Part shown: in pieces, positions 34,925 to 44,873 of the stretch | How positions within the stretch are numbered: the stretch's first letter is position 1 | Layout: every line of letters begins with the position of its first letter | NCBI GenBank assembly: GCA_041660485.1 | Contig: JBAZWF010000001.1 | Coordinates: 410,224 to 474,223, forward strand | Direction of reading: 5' to 3' | DNA: 64,000 nt | DNA from: Candidatus Pacearchaeota archaeon | Lineage (GTDB): Archaea > Nanobdellota > Nanobdellia > Pacearchaeales > GW2011-AR1 | Made by a program: the position numbers and the translations under genes | The notes under the pieces: generated by a model | Database searches by the model: none | What the model was told of the DNA's origin: nothing | Seen by the model: the letters and a program-made list of their open reading frames with translations, nothing else

Positions 34925-36130
34925 TTAGAATAACTTCTTCTGCTCTTCCAAAACCGGCTCACCATAAGTTCCGTCATAGCCTGCTTTAACTTTAATATGC
35001 CCAGAACGATTTTTCATAATTAACTCAACTAGTTTTTCATGAACCCTATTATCTAAAAACTCTTTTTTATCAACACTAAGTAAAATATTCAATTCATTTT
35101 TAAATTTCTCAATTAAATCATTATAAATTTCCCAGTTTTTCTTAGCAGATATTCCAGTTAAAGTAAACATTGCAATAATTTCATGCAAAGGAAGAATTTT
35201 ATAAACTTTTTTTGCATTTTTACTAATAAATCCAACAGGCCTATCAGCAAGTTCTTCAACTCTATATTCAACTCCAATGGTCAATGGGTCTCCACACTTA
35301 GGACAAATTCCATTTAATTTTTTAGTTTCTTCAGGAGAACAGGAAAAATTACAATTTCTATGCCCATCCCAATGATACATCCCATAAGCAGGTTCAACTT
35401 CAATTGTTCCTTCAATGGCATTTGTTCTTATTGCATCAATTATTGTTTTATAAGATAAATTTCCTTTTACATCAATAATAGTTGCTTCTCTTCCCATTCT
35501 CCACGGCCAAAAACTATGAGAGTCTGAAAAAGATAAAATAGCATAATCATCTAATTGTGATAAACGCCAATTCATTGCAGGATCTGAAGATAAACCAGTT
35601 TCAATTGCATGTATATTTCCTATTTGTTCACCAAAAGCTTCTTTTAAAGAATCAAATCCTGACTTACTTCCAAAAATTCCAAACCACGGTGTCCAAGCAT
35701 GTGCAGGAATAACTTCGATATCGCAAGAAATTTTCATCATTTCTTCTGTAAATTTCTCGCAAGAAATTCCAAATATCGGCCTGCCATCATAATCTCTTCT
35801 TCCAAGAGTATCTAAATAACTATTAATTTTTTCTGCAATTTCAAAACTAGGCACAAGCAAAACCAAATGAACTTTTCTTGATTTTCCCCCTTGTGGATAC
35901 ATTAAAGAAATCTCTCCAGTTATCATAAATGGATAAGCACCATAATAATACAACCCGTTTTTTTCTTTTAGTTTTTTTATTGCTTTTATATGTTCAGGAT
36001 GTGTAAAATCTCCTGTTCCTAAAACATCAATTCCTTTTATCTTCGCATATTTAACCAGCTTTTCAAAACTCAAATCTTTGCTAGTAGCTCTAGAATACTT
36101 AGAATGCATATGTAAATCTAAAAATATCAT
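34925..36130 (-). CDS. endoQ: Endonuclease Q (PHP domain plus Zn finger)
   Basis: LDLHMHSKYSRATS, GTGD, PAHAWTPW, SDSHS, CPKCGD, PLHEIIA and the C-terminal GYDGTYGE match the EndoQ pattern. The ORF is open to 36238, but the conserved N-terminus begins at M37 (ATG 36130). Confidence 0.8.
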   Translation of the reverse strand: MIFLDLHMHSKYSRATSKDLSFEKLVKYAKIKGIDVLGTGDFTHPEHIKAIKKLKEKNGLYYYGAYPFMITGEISLMYPQGGKSRKVHLVLLVPSFEIAEKINSYLDTLGRRDYDGRPIFGISCEKFTEEMMKISCDIEVIPAHAWTPWFGIFGSKSGFDSLKEAFGEQIGNIHAIETGLSSDPAMNWRLSQLDDYAILSFSDSHSFWPWRMGREATIIDVKGNLSYKTIIDAIRTNAIEGTIEVEPAYGMYHWDGHRNCNFSCSPEETKKLNGICPKCGDPLTIGVEYRVEELADRPVGFISKNAKKVYKILPLHEIIAMFTLTGISAKKNWEIYNDLIEKFKNELNILLSVDKKEFLDNRVHEKLVELIMKNRSGHIKVKAGYDGTYGEPVLEEQKKLF

Positions 36131-36253
36131 GTTTTCTGATTTTTTAGAGTCTAAAAATTCAGCAGAATTTTTTGAATCAACAAATATCACCATAAAATTA
36201 ACAAAATTATCCAGTATAAAAACATTATTACAAAACAAATTTTAAACTATTTA

Positions 36254-36733
36254 TTATATCTCTAATAATTTATCTAACTTTTCTCTGCCTTTACAAATAT
36301 TTATTTCTCTTTGTTTTACCTTCTTCTCTGATTCAGAATTATAAAATCCTTTCTGAATTTTCCTATAAAGAAAGAACAAGGAATTCTCCTCATTTTTTCC
36401 TTTTTCAATATCAAAATAATTTATACTTATATCATCGCCATATTGTTCATATGACTCTATAACACAATTTGTTTCTGAATCCATAACATCTAAAGTAACT
36501 TTTTGAGTATCTACTTTAATTGGAAGACTATGAAGAACTTCGCTATTCTCTCCTTCCCCTATTAAAAGCCCACCTTCAGCACCATTAACTATCCTGCCTT
36601 TCTGTTGCCTTAAATATAATCTAAAAATAAGAGAATTATTTAATAATTCATATTTATCCTTATTAGCACACCACTTATGTTCTGGAATATCTTCAAGATA
36701 ATCTGATATTTTTTTAAGTCTTTTATAATTCAT
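36254..36733 (-). CDS. Hypothetical protein (159 aa)
   Basis: ORF immediately downstream of radA (1-nt gap). Confidence 0.4.
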   Translation of the reverse strand: MNYKRLKKISDYLEDIPEHKWCANKDKYELLNNSLIFRLYLRQQKGRIVNGAEGGLLIGEGENSEVLHSLPIKVDTQKVTLDVMDSETNCVIESYEQYGDDISINYFDIEKGKNEENSLFFLYRKIQKGFYNSESEKKVKQREINICKGREKLDKLLEI

Positions 36734-36734
36734 T

Positions 36735-37754
36735 TTACTCTTCGCTTTTTAATTCAATATCTTTCAACCCACCAGTTGTTATCATAAACACTGTTTCATT
36801 ATCGGGCAAATTAGGACTATCAATTAATTTAGCAACTCGCGAATCTTTTTTACCTCTTCTAAAATAAATTCTATAAGTTGAAGCATGAGCAACTATATTT
36901 CCACCAATTGCAGTTGTAGGATCACCAAACATCATTGCAGGGTTTGACATAACTTGATTTGTTACTAAAATTGCAATATTTCTTTGCTCAGCTAATTTCA
37001 TTAAGTCATGTAAATATCGATTTAATCTCTGCTGTCTATCAGCTAATTGCCCTCTACCAGAATATTCTGCTCTAAAATGTGCAGTCAACGAATCAACAAT
37101 AACTAATCTTATTGGTTCTCCATTTTTAATCATTTCATTTATTTTATCAATTAATAAAATCTGATGATCTGAATTAAAAGCACGTGCAACAAAAATATTT
37201 TTTAAGACTTTTTCAGGATTAGCACCAATTCCTTCTGCATATTGTTTAATTCTTTCAGGCCTAAATGTCCCTTCTGTATCAATATAAACCGCTTTCCCAT
37301 TTGCCCCTCCTTGTTCTTTAGGAAGTTGAACATTTACCGCAAGAGAAAGGGCAAGTTGGGTCTTTCCAGAACCAAATGCCCCAAACACCTCAGTAATTGC
37401 CTTACTTTCAACTCCTTTTCCCCCAAGCAAATTATTAAGATTTTTTGAACCAGTTGTAATATAATTTATATCTTCTCTTTTTTTCTGATATTCAGAAGCA
37501 TCCATAAATCCTAAATCAAGCATCCCACGAGAAGCCTGAATAGCCTTTCTTGCAACAGCTTCTCCAAGCCCAGTTAATTCAGCTAAAGCAGGAGGAGATA
37601 ATACAGCTAAACCCATTAAATCATAAATTCCAGCAGCTTCAAGCTTTGCAACTGCAGAAGGCCCAATTCCAGGAAGATCTGCTAATTTTTTACCTTCTTC
37701 TTCAGGTTTAACTTTCTTTTCTTCTTTTTCTTTCACCATTAAATAAGTCCTCAA
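36735..37754 (-). CDS. radA: DNA repair and recombination protein RadA
   Basis: HhH LPGIGPSAVAKLEAAGI, Walker A GAFGSGKTQLA, Walker B LVIVDSL. The start may be M6. Confidence 0.93.
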   Translation of the reverse strand: MRTYLMVKEKEEKKVKPEEEGKKLADLPGIGPSAVAKLEAAGIYDLMGLAVLSPPALAELTGLGEAVARKAIQASRGMLDLGFMDASEYQKKREDINYITTGSKNLNNLLGGKGVESKAITEVFGAFGSGKTQLALSLAVNVQLPKEQGGANGKAVYIDTEGTFRPERIKQYAEGIGANPEKVLKNIFVARAFNSDHQILLIDKINEMIKNGEPIRLVIVDSLTAHFRAEYSGRGQLADRQQRLNRYLHDLMKLAEQRNIAILVTNQVMSNPAMMFGDPTTAIGGNIVAHASTYRIYFRRGKKDSRVAKLIDSPNLPDNETVFMITTGGLKDIELKSEE

Positions 37755-37881
37755 TCCTTGTTTATAAATATTGTTTCAATTACAAGATATATGTTCAGAT
37801 ATATAGCAACGGATTTTAGTTTAAATTAATCATACTTATTTACCTAAAGATAATATTCTTTTTATGCAAGTCAGTCTAAGT

Positions 37882-38340
37882 TTATATTATACCAGCAACC
37901 CTTACAAGAATTAAAATAAAGTCTACAACAAAAAAACCAAAAAATATCCCTTTTTCAACAACTGTATTCATTTCCACAAATCCAAAAGCTTTCTTTGAAT
38001 ACGGCCAAAAAGGAGTTATTCCTATTTTATTAAATGAATCTGCCATCAAATGAAGAGAATATCCTAAGAAAAAACCAAAAGCTAATATTGGAATAAAAAT
38101 TGCAAGAATTAAACTTATCAAAAAACATATTGTTAAACTATGTGCAAATCCTCTATGATGAGTAACTAATTGAGTTGCCTTTGCAGCAATATTTTTTCCA
38201 TATTTTGAAAATCTATTATCAAAATCCGGCAAAACAGTAGCAACCAAAGTAACTGCAACAAAACTAATTGGATTATTTACAAGTGGAAGAAATAATATAA
38301 TTGCAAAAATAGTTATTGTTAAATGTGTTTTAATTAACAT
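37882..38340 (-). CDS. Membrane-bound metal-dependent hydrolase, YdjM/DUF457-like
   Basis: Polytopic, 152 aa, with HHRGFAHS and HLMADS motifs. Confidence 0.55.
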   Translation of the reverse strand: MLIKTHLTITIFAIILFLPLVNNPISFVAVTLVATVLPDFDNRFSKYGKNIAAKATQLVTHHRGFAHSLTICFLISLILAIFIPILAFGFFLGYSLHLMADSFNKIGITPFWPYSKKAFGFVEMNTVVEKGIFFGFFVVDFILILVRVAGII

Positions 38341-39188
38341 TACTTTCTCCTTGAATATAATGCAAGAATAATAATGCCTATAATTATTAAAAATATTCCA
38401 CTACTAGAATTCAAATAATTCTGATTAAAGATACTAAATCCTGTTATTGAAAAAGTCATAAATGAAGAACCAATTATTATTAAAAACAAACCCAATAATT
38501 TTTCTAAACTTCTCTTCCTATGAAAAAACTTATTTTCTATATCCCTATTAGGTATTGAATAAAAATTATCAAGACTTAAAAATTCATCTGCAGAATGTTG
38601 ATCTGCATAGGTATAAGCAATGTGGGATTTAAACTGAACCGCTTCATTCTCAATATGACTCTTCTGGGAATTCCTATCCATTCCACTATAATTTTTTACT
38701 TCCCTGCGCATTTTTCGAACATTTTCACCAATTTCAGAAAGTCTTTTCCTGCCTTCTGGACTTGAATAATCAATTTCTTCTTTAAACAAATTTTCTTGTT
38801 TTGTTCCTTTAGTTAATTTTTTTGCAATTATTGTAGTTGCCCTATCAAAAAATTCTTCAACCCTAAGTTCCTCAAGATTTTCAATAGGTTGGGCATGTAT
38901 TCTTTTCATTGAATAATTTCTTAAAAAATGACCAATTTCTGCAGAATAAGATTCTCCAACCCCAATTTTTCCTTCAGCAATGCCAATTATATTTCTAGAT
39001 CTATCATATTCAGAAGATTCTCCAGGAATTATCTCTATCTGAGGTAAATCCTCTTTCGAAATTTTATAATTATATTTATTAGCAACTAAATTTAAAATAG
39101 AATAAACATCTGATTTTATCTTATTAACTTCTTCTATAGAAATCCACCCTTTATACCTTTCTTTTTTATTAACTGTTGCTATTGTCAT
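38340..39188 (-). CDS. Hypothetical protein with C-terminal TM segments
   Basis: 282-aa ORF with two C-terminal TM helices. Confidence 0.4.
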   Translation of the reverse strand: MTIATVNKKERYKGWISIEEVNKIKSDVYSILNLVANKYNYKISKEDLPQIEIIPGESSEYDRSRNIIGIAEGKIGVGESYSAEIGHFLRNYSMKRIHAQPIENLEELRVEEFFDRATTIIAKKLTKGTKQENLFKEEIDYSSPEGRKRLSEIGENVRKMRREVKNYSGMDRNSQKSHIENEAVQFKSHIAYTYADQHSADEFLSLDNFYSIPNRDIENKFFHRKRSLEKLLGLFLIIIGSSFMTFSITGFSIFNQNYLNSSSGIFLIIIGIIILALYSRRK

Positions 39189-39251
39189 TTAAATAATTCA
39201 CTTTTATTTTAATAATATATTTAATAATTAGTTATATTTAAATTCTTATAT

Positions 39252-40184
39252 TCACCCTCTCAAACTTTGTATTAAACTTTCAAGCTCAATTTTATCAATA
39301 CCATTAATTATAAGTTCAGTTGTATTAAACATTTTATTATTTCTAACATTTGCAGAAAAAATTGCTTCCATTCCAAGAATTTCGCTTTTCTTTTTTGCAA
39401 ACATTTCTAAGTTATTTAATTCTTCATCTGAAATTCCCAATAATTTTATATGTTCATTAAATAAAACTGCTTTCATATTTTCTGTACCATCATCAATAAC
39501 AATACTTATCAATGCTCTTTTTACAGGAACTATAGTTCCGTGTGCTTCACAACTATTATTTACCGCTTTTTTATTGCATTCAGGACAAACTTCAAAGAAT
39601 TTAGGTTCAAACATTTGAACAATAACACTTCTTAATTTAACATTTTCTCCAGATTTTAAATCTGCAATTTTCTTTTCAATTACTTTTTTCTCAGTCTTAA
39701 CAGCATCTATAACTTCTCTGCTTAATTTAATATCAGAAAATCCAGATAAATGCAATTCATCTTTTCTAATCATCCCATTCCCAATTTCAACTACATCTCC
39801 GTGTTTTATTTTTCCATCTTCAAATAATTTAATATGATTAGTATCCCATAAAACAGTTCTGATATTCCCAGTTTCATCAGCAACAGTCATTGCAGCAATT
39901 TTACCAGAACGCCCGTTCTTATTATATTCTTTAATTGGCTGAACATCAATTATTTTCCCAACCATATTAACTTTTTTCATTCCATCAACCAGCTCAGAAA
40001 CTTTCATTTTTTCTTTTTCAAATGAAATTCCTAATTCAGAAGCAACAATCTGCGCAGCACCTTCTTTAGAAATAAGTCCAGATAATTTTGCGCATTTAGC
40101 TTCAACTTTCCTATCAACATCTTCAACAGTTAAGCCAGAGGCTCTAGCCATCTTGTCAATTAACTGATTATAATTATATAACAT
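39252..40184 (-). CDS. Replication protein A-like ssDNA-binding protein (OB folds plus Zn finger)
   Basis: VNMVGKIIDVQPIKEYNKNGRSGKIAAMTVADETGNIRTVLWD OB-fold pattern. CPECNKK..CEAHG zinc finger. Confidence 0.7.
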   Translation of the reverse strand: MLYNYNQLIDKMARASGLTVEDVDRKVEAKCAKLSGLISKEGAAQIVASELGISFEKEKMKVSELVDGMKKVNMVGKIIDVQPIKEYNKNGRSGKIAAMTVADETGNIRTVLWDTNHIKLFEDGKIKHGDVVEIGNGMIRKDELHLSGFSDIKLSREVIDAVKTEKKVIEKKIADLKSGENVKLRSVIVQMFEPKFFEVCPECNKKAVNNSCEAHGTIVPVKRALISIVIDDGTENMKAVLFNEHIKLLGISDEELNNLEMFAKKKSEILGMEAIFSANVRNNKMFNTTELIINGIDKIELESLIQSLRG

Positions 40185-40328
40185 TTTTCTCTTTTTATAG
40201 CAAACATCTTCTAAAAAGAAAACAGCTTTTTAAGTATTTTGATAGTTGCTTTTTGTTATAAAAATAATAAGGTTATAATAATTTTAATATTTCTTTATTA
40301 TAATGTCCATTTATATGAACATATAAAG

Positions 40329-40338
40329 CTTTAAAAAG
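40329..40338 (+). promoter_or_regulatory. TATA-like box upstream of the aEF-1beta gene (leaderless spacing)
   Basis: ctttaaaaag centred about 25 nt upstream of the ATG. Confidence 0.45.
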
Positions 40339-40358
40339 CATTTTTACATTTTTATTAT

Positions 40359-40631
40359 ATGGGAAGCGCAGCAGTTAAAATAAAAATAATGCCAGATTCT
40401 CCAGATGCAAATTTAGAGAAAATTGAGAAAAAAGCAGAAGAAATAATCACAGAAGAAGGCGGAAGAGGAGTTAAAATAGAGCGAGAGCCTATTGCATTTG
40501 GCTTAAATGCTGTTCTAATCACATTTGCATGGCAAGAAGACGCAGAGCGTGAAGTTCTTGAAGCAAAATTAGCAGAAATCCCTCATGTTAATAGCGCCGA
40601 AGTCATTGATTTTCGTCGAGCCTTTGGATGA
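40359..40631 (+). CDS. Elongation factor aEF-1 beta
   Basis: 90 aa. VKIKIMPDSPDANLEKIEKK ... FGLNAVLITF ... EVIDFRRAFG is typical of aEF-1beta. Confidence 0.8.
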   Translation: MGSAAVKIKIMPDSPDANLEKIEKKAEEIITEEGGRGVKIEREPIAFGLNAVLITFAWQEDAEREVLEAKLAEIPHVNSAEVIDFRRAFG

Positions 40632-40691
40632 GAGCAATTTAAGTTAGAATAACGAATCCAGGGGCGAGAAGAGCCTTTGGATAAGAAGTAA

Positions 40692-41372
40692 TTAAATCTC
40701 TCCAGTTAAACCTTCTTTTTCAGCATCAGCAACGGTACTTATAATCTCTCTATCTTGTTTTGTTTTTTCCTTAGCCTCTTCTTCTTTTTTCTTTTCAATT
40801 AATTCTTTAGAAGCTTTTCCAAGTTTTAGCATTAAAAATCCAATAAGAAGAGCTATTGCCAAAGAAGTCCATGCAATCCAAGTATTTGAAATCATAAATG
40901 AAAGTAAATCCACTGCTTGTTTAATAACTCCTGAAACTCCAATTAAACAAGTAATAATAAATGCTGCAATAAACCCAAAAACTTTATTGCCAAGTATTGC
41001 ACCTACAGGATTAAATAAAAATAAAAATAATATAAGCCAAATTAATACTGCAAATACAAATGCCCAAGATAAAGAATAATCTACACCTAAAATTAAATTA
41101 AATAATGGATTTAATTTTGTAAGAAAATCACTAATTGCTAATAATACCTGCCCAAGAGGATATTTCTCTAATATCTTTGTCCATTCCTGAGTTAAATAAG
41201 TTGTAGAAGCATTTTGTATATCTTCAGGATTCTGAGGCAACTCTTGAGGATTTATACCTATTCCTAAAGGATCTTCAATATTTTCAGGATTAACATTAAC
41301 CTGCGCATTTACAAAAGAAATAGCAAACAAGCTACAAGTCAATAAAAATAAAATAAATAAACTTTTTTTCAT
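40692..41372 (-). CDS. Signal-peptide polytopic membrane protein (distant member of paralog family 1)
   Basis: Signal ..FAISFVNAQ, 4-5 TMs, K/E-rich C-terminal tail. Confidence 0.5.
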   Translation of the reverse strand: MKKSLFILFLLTCSLFAISFVNAQVNVNPENIEDPLGIGINPQELPQNPEDIQNASTTYLTQEWTKILEKYPLGQVLLAISDFLTKLNPLFNLILGVDYSLSWAFVFAVLIWLILFLFLFNPVGAILGNKVFGFIAAFIITCLIGVSGVIKQAVDLLSFMISNTWIAWTSLAIALLIGFLMLKLGKASKELIEKKKEEEAKEKTKQDREIISTVADAEKEGLTGEI

Positions 41373-41417
41373 TATTAATCTAATACTAAAGTGTTTTTAA
41401 AATTAATTGAATTATTT

Positions 41418-42194
41418 TTAACCACCAAATGCTTCAAGATTTTCTTTTTCTAAATTTAATAATGCTTTTCTTCTTTGAGCAGCATTCATTCCTTTTTCTT
41501 TAACAGCAGTCAATTTTCCTCTAAAAACAAATGTTCTTATTCCAGGAATAAGTATTAAAATTAATATTCCAGCAATTATTGCCCCCCAATAAGGAATTGT
41601 TTGAGCCCACCAACCACCCTCTGCAGGAGTTGAAGCTAATTTATATATAAATAATGTAAAATAATAAACAATATAAAATATCCAAGTAACTCTTGCAATT
41701 AATAAACTTTCTGAAACCCAAACTGTAAAATATAATAAGATTGCAAATGGAATTACAGTTAATATTGCTGCACCCATTGCACTATATTGTAAAGTAATTG
41801 CTTCAACAAAATTTGCAGGCAAATAAATAAATGCAAGTAAAGTTATTATCAAAGCAACTGCTCCAGAAAATACTCTTGCCCATCTTTTTTCACCTACTTT
41901 AAAAATTTGGCCAAGAACTGAATAAAGAACAATCCAAAGTAAAGCTCCTAAAAGTACCGAACTTAAAGTTCTTGGAGTAAGTTGAATAGTAGATAAAAAA
42001 CCAGTTATCCCATTGGCTGCAGAACCTGCAACTGCACCTAAAGCACTATTAGAAAGATCCATAGTTGATAATTCATCTCCTGATCCGTCATCCCATTCTC
42101 CCGGGACATAAGCTGGTTGAGCAGAAACAAAATTAGCAACAGCTAAAAATACAAACATAAACAATACACTAGCCCAAATATATTTTATTTTCAT
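41418..42194 (-). CDS. Polytopic membrane protein, paralog family 1
   Basis: Signal ..ANFVSAQ. Conserved block LLAFIYLPANFVEAITLQYSAMGAAILTVIPFAILLYF. Basic coiled C-terminal tail. Confidence 0.55.
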   Translation of the reverse strand: MKIKYIWASVLFMFVFLAVANFVSAQPAYVPGEWDDGSGDELSTMDLSNSALGAVAGSAANGITGFLSTIQLTPRTLSSVLLGALLWIVLYSVLGQIFKVGEKRWARVFSGAVALIITLLAFIYLPANFVEAITLQYSAMGAAILTVIPFAILLYFTVWVSESLLIARVTWIFYIVYYFTLFIYKLASTPAEGGWWAQTIPYWGAIIAGILILILIPGIRTFVFRGKLTAVKEKGMNAAQRRKALLNLEKENLEAFGG

Positions 42195-43045
42195 TTTAAT
42201 TTTAATTCCTTTTCTAATTGTTTAATTTCTGTTCTTATCTCCGCTTTTCTAGCCATCGTTGTGGTATTAAGTAAAAGCTCTCTTTGTAAATTTTCAATTT
42301 CTACCGTTATTCTTCCTCTTTGACGACTAGTTAATTTTTCATAAGCTATTGCGCCTCTTCCCCTAAACCAAAGTTTATAAATTAATCCATCGAAAAAGAA
42401 TAAAAATCCGCAGCCAATAATTGCTAACCAATAAATATATCCCCAAGGTTTTGCATAATTTTGGTACCAAAGAACAAGAAATACTGCACCAAAAACAACC
42501 CAAGCAGCTCTTCTAAATGTTCCTCCCTTAATTGTTGTATAAACAAAATATCCATATATAACAAAAGGAATTATAATAGTTATTGAAGCAGCTAAAGCAC
42601 TTGAGGGAAGGGCTAATTGTCTAATTAAATCATTAGGTAAAAATCTAACACCCAATATTGCAACAATTGCTCCAATTAAAAACCTCAACCATATTTTATC
42701 ATCTCCTGAAAAAATTGAAGCAGCTACAACATTTAATACAGCCATAACAATTAATAAAACTAATAAGAAAACTAAAATTTTAGGAAAAGTAACTGAAGCT
42801 TCTGCAGCACCGATACTTGTATCTCCAAGCAAAGCATTAAATAATGGTTTTCCAACTTCCTGAACTCCGTTAATAAATCCTCCAAGACCTTTAACAATCA
42901 CATTTGTAGGAGTATTAACATCTACGCCTTCATCCCAAGTACTTCCTGTTTGCGCAAAAGCAAAATTAATTGAAAGAGCAAAAATAGAAATCACAAATAT
43001 AGATAATAAACATAAAGATAAAATCCTTTCACTTCTCTTTTTCAT
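42191..43045 (-). CDS. Polytopic membrane protein, paralog family 1
   Basis: Signal ..INFAFAQ. Block ILGVRFLPNDLIRQLALPSSALAASITIIIPFVIYGYF. 4-nt overlap with the downstream paralog. Confidence 0.55.
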   Translation of the reverse strand: MKKRSERILSLCLLSIFVISIFALSINFAFAQTGSTWDEGVDVNTPTNVIVKGLGGFINGVQEVGKPLFNALLGDTSIGAAEASVTFPKILVFLLVLLIVMAVLNVVAASIFSGDDKIWLRFLIGAIVAILGVRFLPNDLIRQLALPSSALAASITIIIPFVIYGYFVYTTIKGGTFRRAAWVVFGAVFLVLWYQNYAKPWGYIYWLAIIGCGFLFFFDGLIYKLWFRGRGAIAYEKLTSRQRGRITVEIENLQRELLLNTTTMARKAEIRTEIKQLEKELKLK

Positions 43046-43334
43046 AGAAAGATTAAATTATTCTCCTTTATAAATATTTCTGAACTCGCGAGATATATAA
43101 CAAATAATTCTACGAGAAGATTAAAGTATCTAAACATAAATAAACTTAAGCTAGTTCAATTAATAATTAAATTATAGATATATTAAAGATTATTATAATA
43201 TAAATTTAACTTAAGAGATTTAGTAATTAATATAAATAAAGATTTAATTACTCCTCAAAATTTATCTATTAGTTAAAATATAGATATTCCCACATCAAAG
43301 CAATATTTTTAAACTCTCTATTCATCTAATATTT

Positions 43335-44156
43335 ATGATTAAAAAAAAGGTATTTACATATCCTCTATTTACAACAATATTAACTTTGTTTGTCATAAAA
43401 CTAGTTTCTGCACAATATTATTCCTCTTCAATTTTAGGCGGAGTTGATTTAAGACAAGGAATGCAACAAATTATTGACCAAATAGTTGGGTTTCTAACTC
43501 CAGTTTTTGAAATTGTTCTGGGTTCTTATTCAGGAAGTGAATTTTTCTTTACAAAGGTTTTATTGTTAATATTATTAGCAATTATAATTCAATTAATTCT
43601 TACTAAAACTCCCTTAATGGAAGGTTATAGGGGAATTGCAACAATAATTGCAATAATTATCTCTGTAATTGCAGTTAGATTTATCTCAGAAGAAGGATTA
43701 ATTAGTGGAATAATTCTTCCATATAGCACTCTCGGAATTGCCCTTCTTACAATTTTACCATTTTTAATTTTTGTATACTTTATTTATAGCACTGAAATGT
43801 CTGGTTTAGCAAGAAAAATATCCTGGATTTTATTTATGATAATTTTTATTATTATGTGGATATACAAAGCACCAAAAATAAGTGATATGGGAAATCAAAT
43901 ATATTTGTGGACATTAATAGTAATGGGATTTATTTTTATTTTTGACAAAAGAATTCAAGCTTATTTTAGAGGAGAAGATATAAGGCAATTTGAAAGAGAA
44001 TCAAAAGACCATGAAATAAATGATTTGCAAGGAAGATTAAATTGGCTTATAACAAATGGCGGAACAAATCCTTCAAAGACAAATATTGCAGAAAGAAAAA
44101 GAATTATGAGAAGACTAAGAAAATTAGGTGCATCTTACGGAACAAGCAGTTATTAA
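43335..44156 (+). CDS. Polytopic membrane protein, paralog family 1 (divergently transcribed)
   Basis: Signal ..IKLVSAQ. Block VIAVRFISEEGLISGIILPYSTLGIALLTILPFLIFVYF. Basic C-terminal tail. Confidence 0.55.
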   Translation: MIKKKVFTYPLFTTILTLFVIKLVSAQYYSSSILGGVDLRQGMQQIIDQIVGFLTPVFEIVLGSYSGSEFFFTKVLLLILLAIIIQLILTKTPLMEGYRGIATIIAIIISVIAVRFISEEGLISGIILPYSTLGIALLTILPFLIFVYFIYSTEMSGLARKISWILFMIIFIIMWIYKAPKISDMGNQIYLWTLIVMGFIFIFDKRIQAYFRGEDIRQFERESKDHEINDLQGRLNWLITNGGTNPSKTNIAERKRIMRRLRKLGASYGTSSY

Positions 44157-44238
44157 TTTTTAATATATAAAATTATATTATAATTTTTAATATCTTTTTA
44201 ATGCAAAAGTTTAAAGATATTAAAAATCTAATTAAAAG

Positions 44239-44865
44239 ATGTTATCTCCAGAACAGGTGAAACAGATTAAAGAACAGCTTTTTAGTCAGTTAGAAGATTT
44301 ACCAGATGACCAAAGAATTTCATTTCAAAAACAAATTGAATCAATGGATGCTGAGCAATTAGAAGAGTTTCTTGTTAAAAATAATATGATTAAACAAGAA
44401 TCAAAAACAGAATCAACTGAATGTGTTTTTTGTTCAATTGTTCAGGGTAAAATTCCAAGCCATAAATTAGTTGAAAATAAATCTGCAATTGCAATACTTG
44501 AGATTAATCCTATATCTTCAGGACATGTTATAATTGTTCCTATAAAACATGATTATGCTGATAAAATACCTACAAGTGCATTTGCACTTGCTAAAAAGAT
44601 GGCTCAAAAAATAAAGACTGTTTTGAATCCAAAAAAAGTAGATATTATTTCAAGTGAATTAATGGGGCACGGAATTATCAATGTTCTTCCAATTTATGAA
44701 AAAGAACATCTTGGAAGTCCAAGAAAAAAAGCTTCTGAAGAAGAGTTAAATGAACTTAAACAAAAGCTTGAATTTAAGAAAAAAGAGAAAAGGCCAAAAA
44801 AACAGAAAATAAAAGAAGAAATTCCGATTTCTAAACTTCCTAAAGCTCCCCATAGAATGCCGTAA
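44239..44865 (+). CDS. HIT-family-like protein with an N-terminal extension and a degenerate histidine triad
   Basis: CVFCSIVQGKIPSHKL, NPISSGHVIIVPIKH. The expected HxHxH position reads GHGIINVLP (one His only). Confidence 0.55.
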   Translation: MLSPEQVKQIKEQLFSQLEDLPDDQRISFQKQIESMDAEQLEEFLVKNNMIKQESKTESTECVFCSIVQGKIPSHKLVENKSAIAILEINPISSGHVIIVPIKHDYADKIPTSAFALAKKMAQKIKTVLNPKKVDIISSELMGHGIINVLPIYEKEHLGSPRKKASEEELNELKQKLEFKKKEKRPKKQKIKEEIPISKLPKAPHRMP

Positions 44866-44873
44866 ATTATTGC

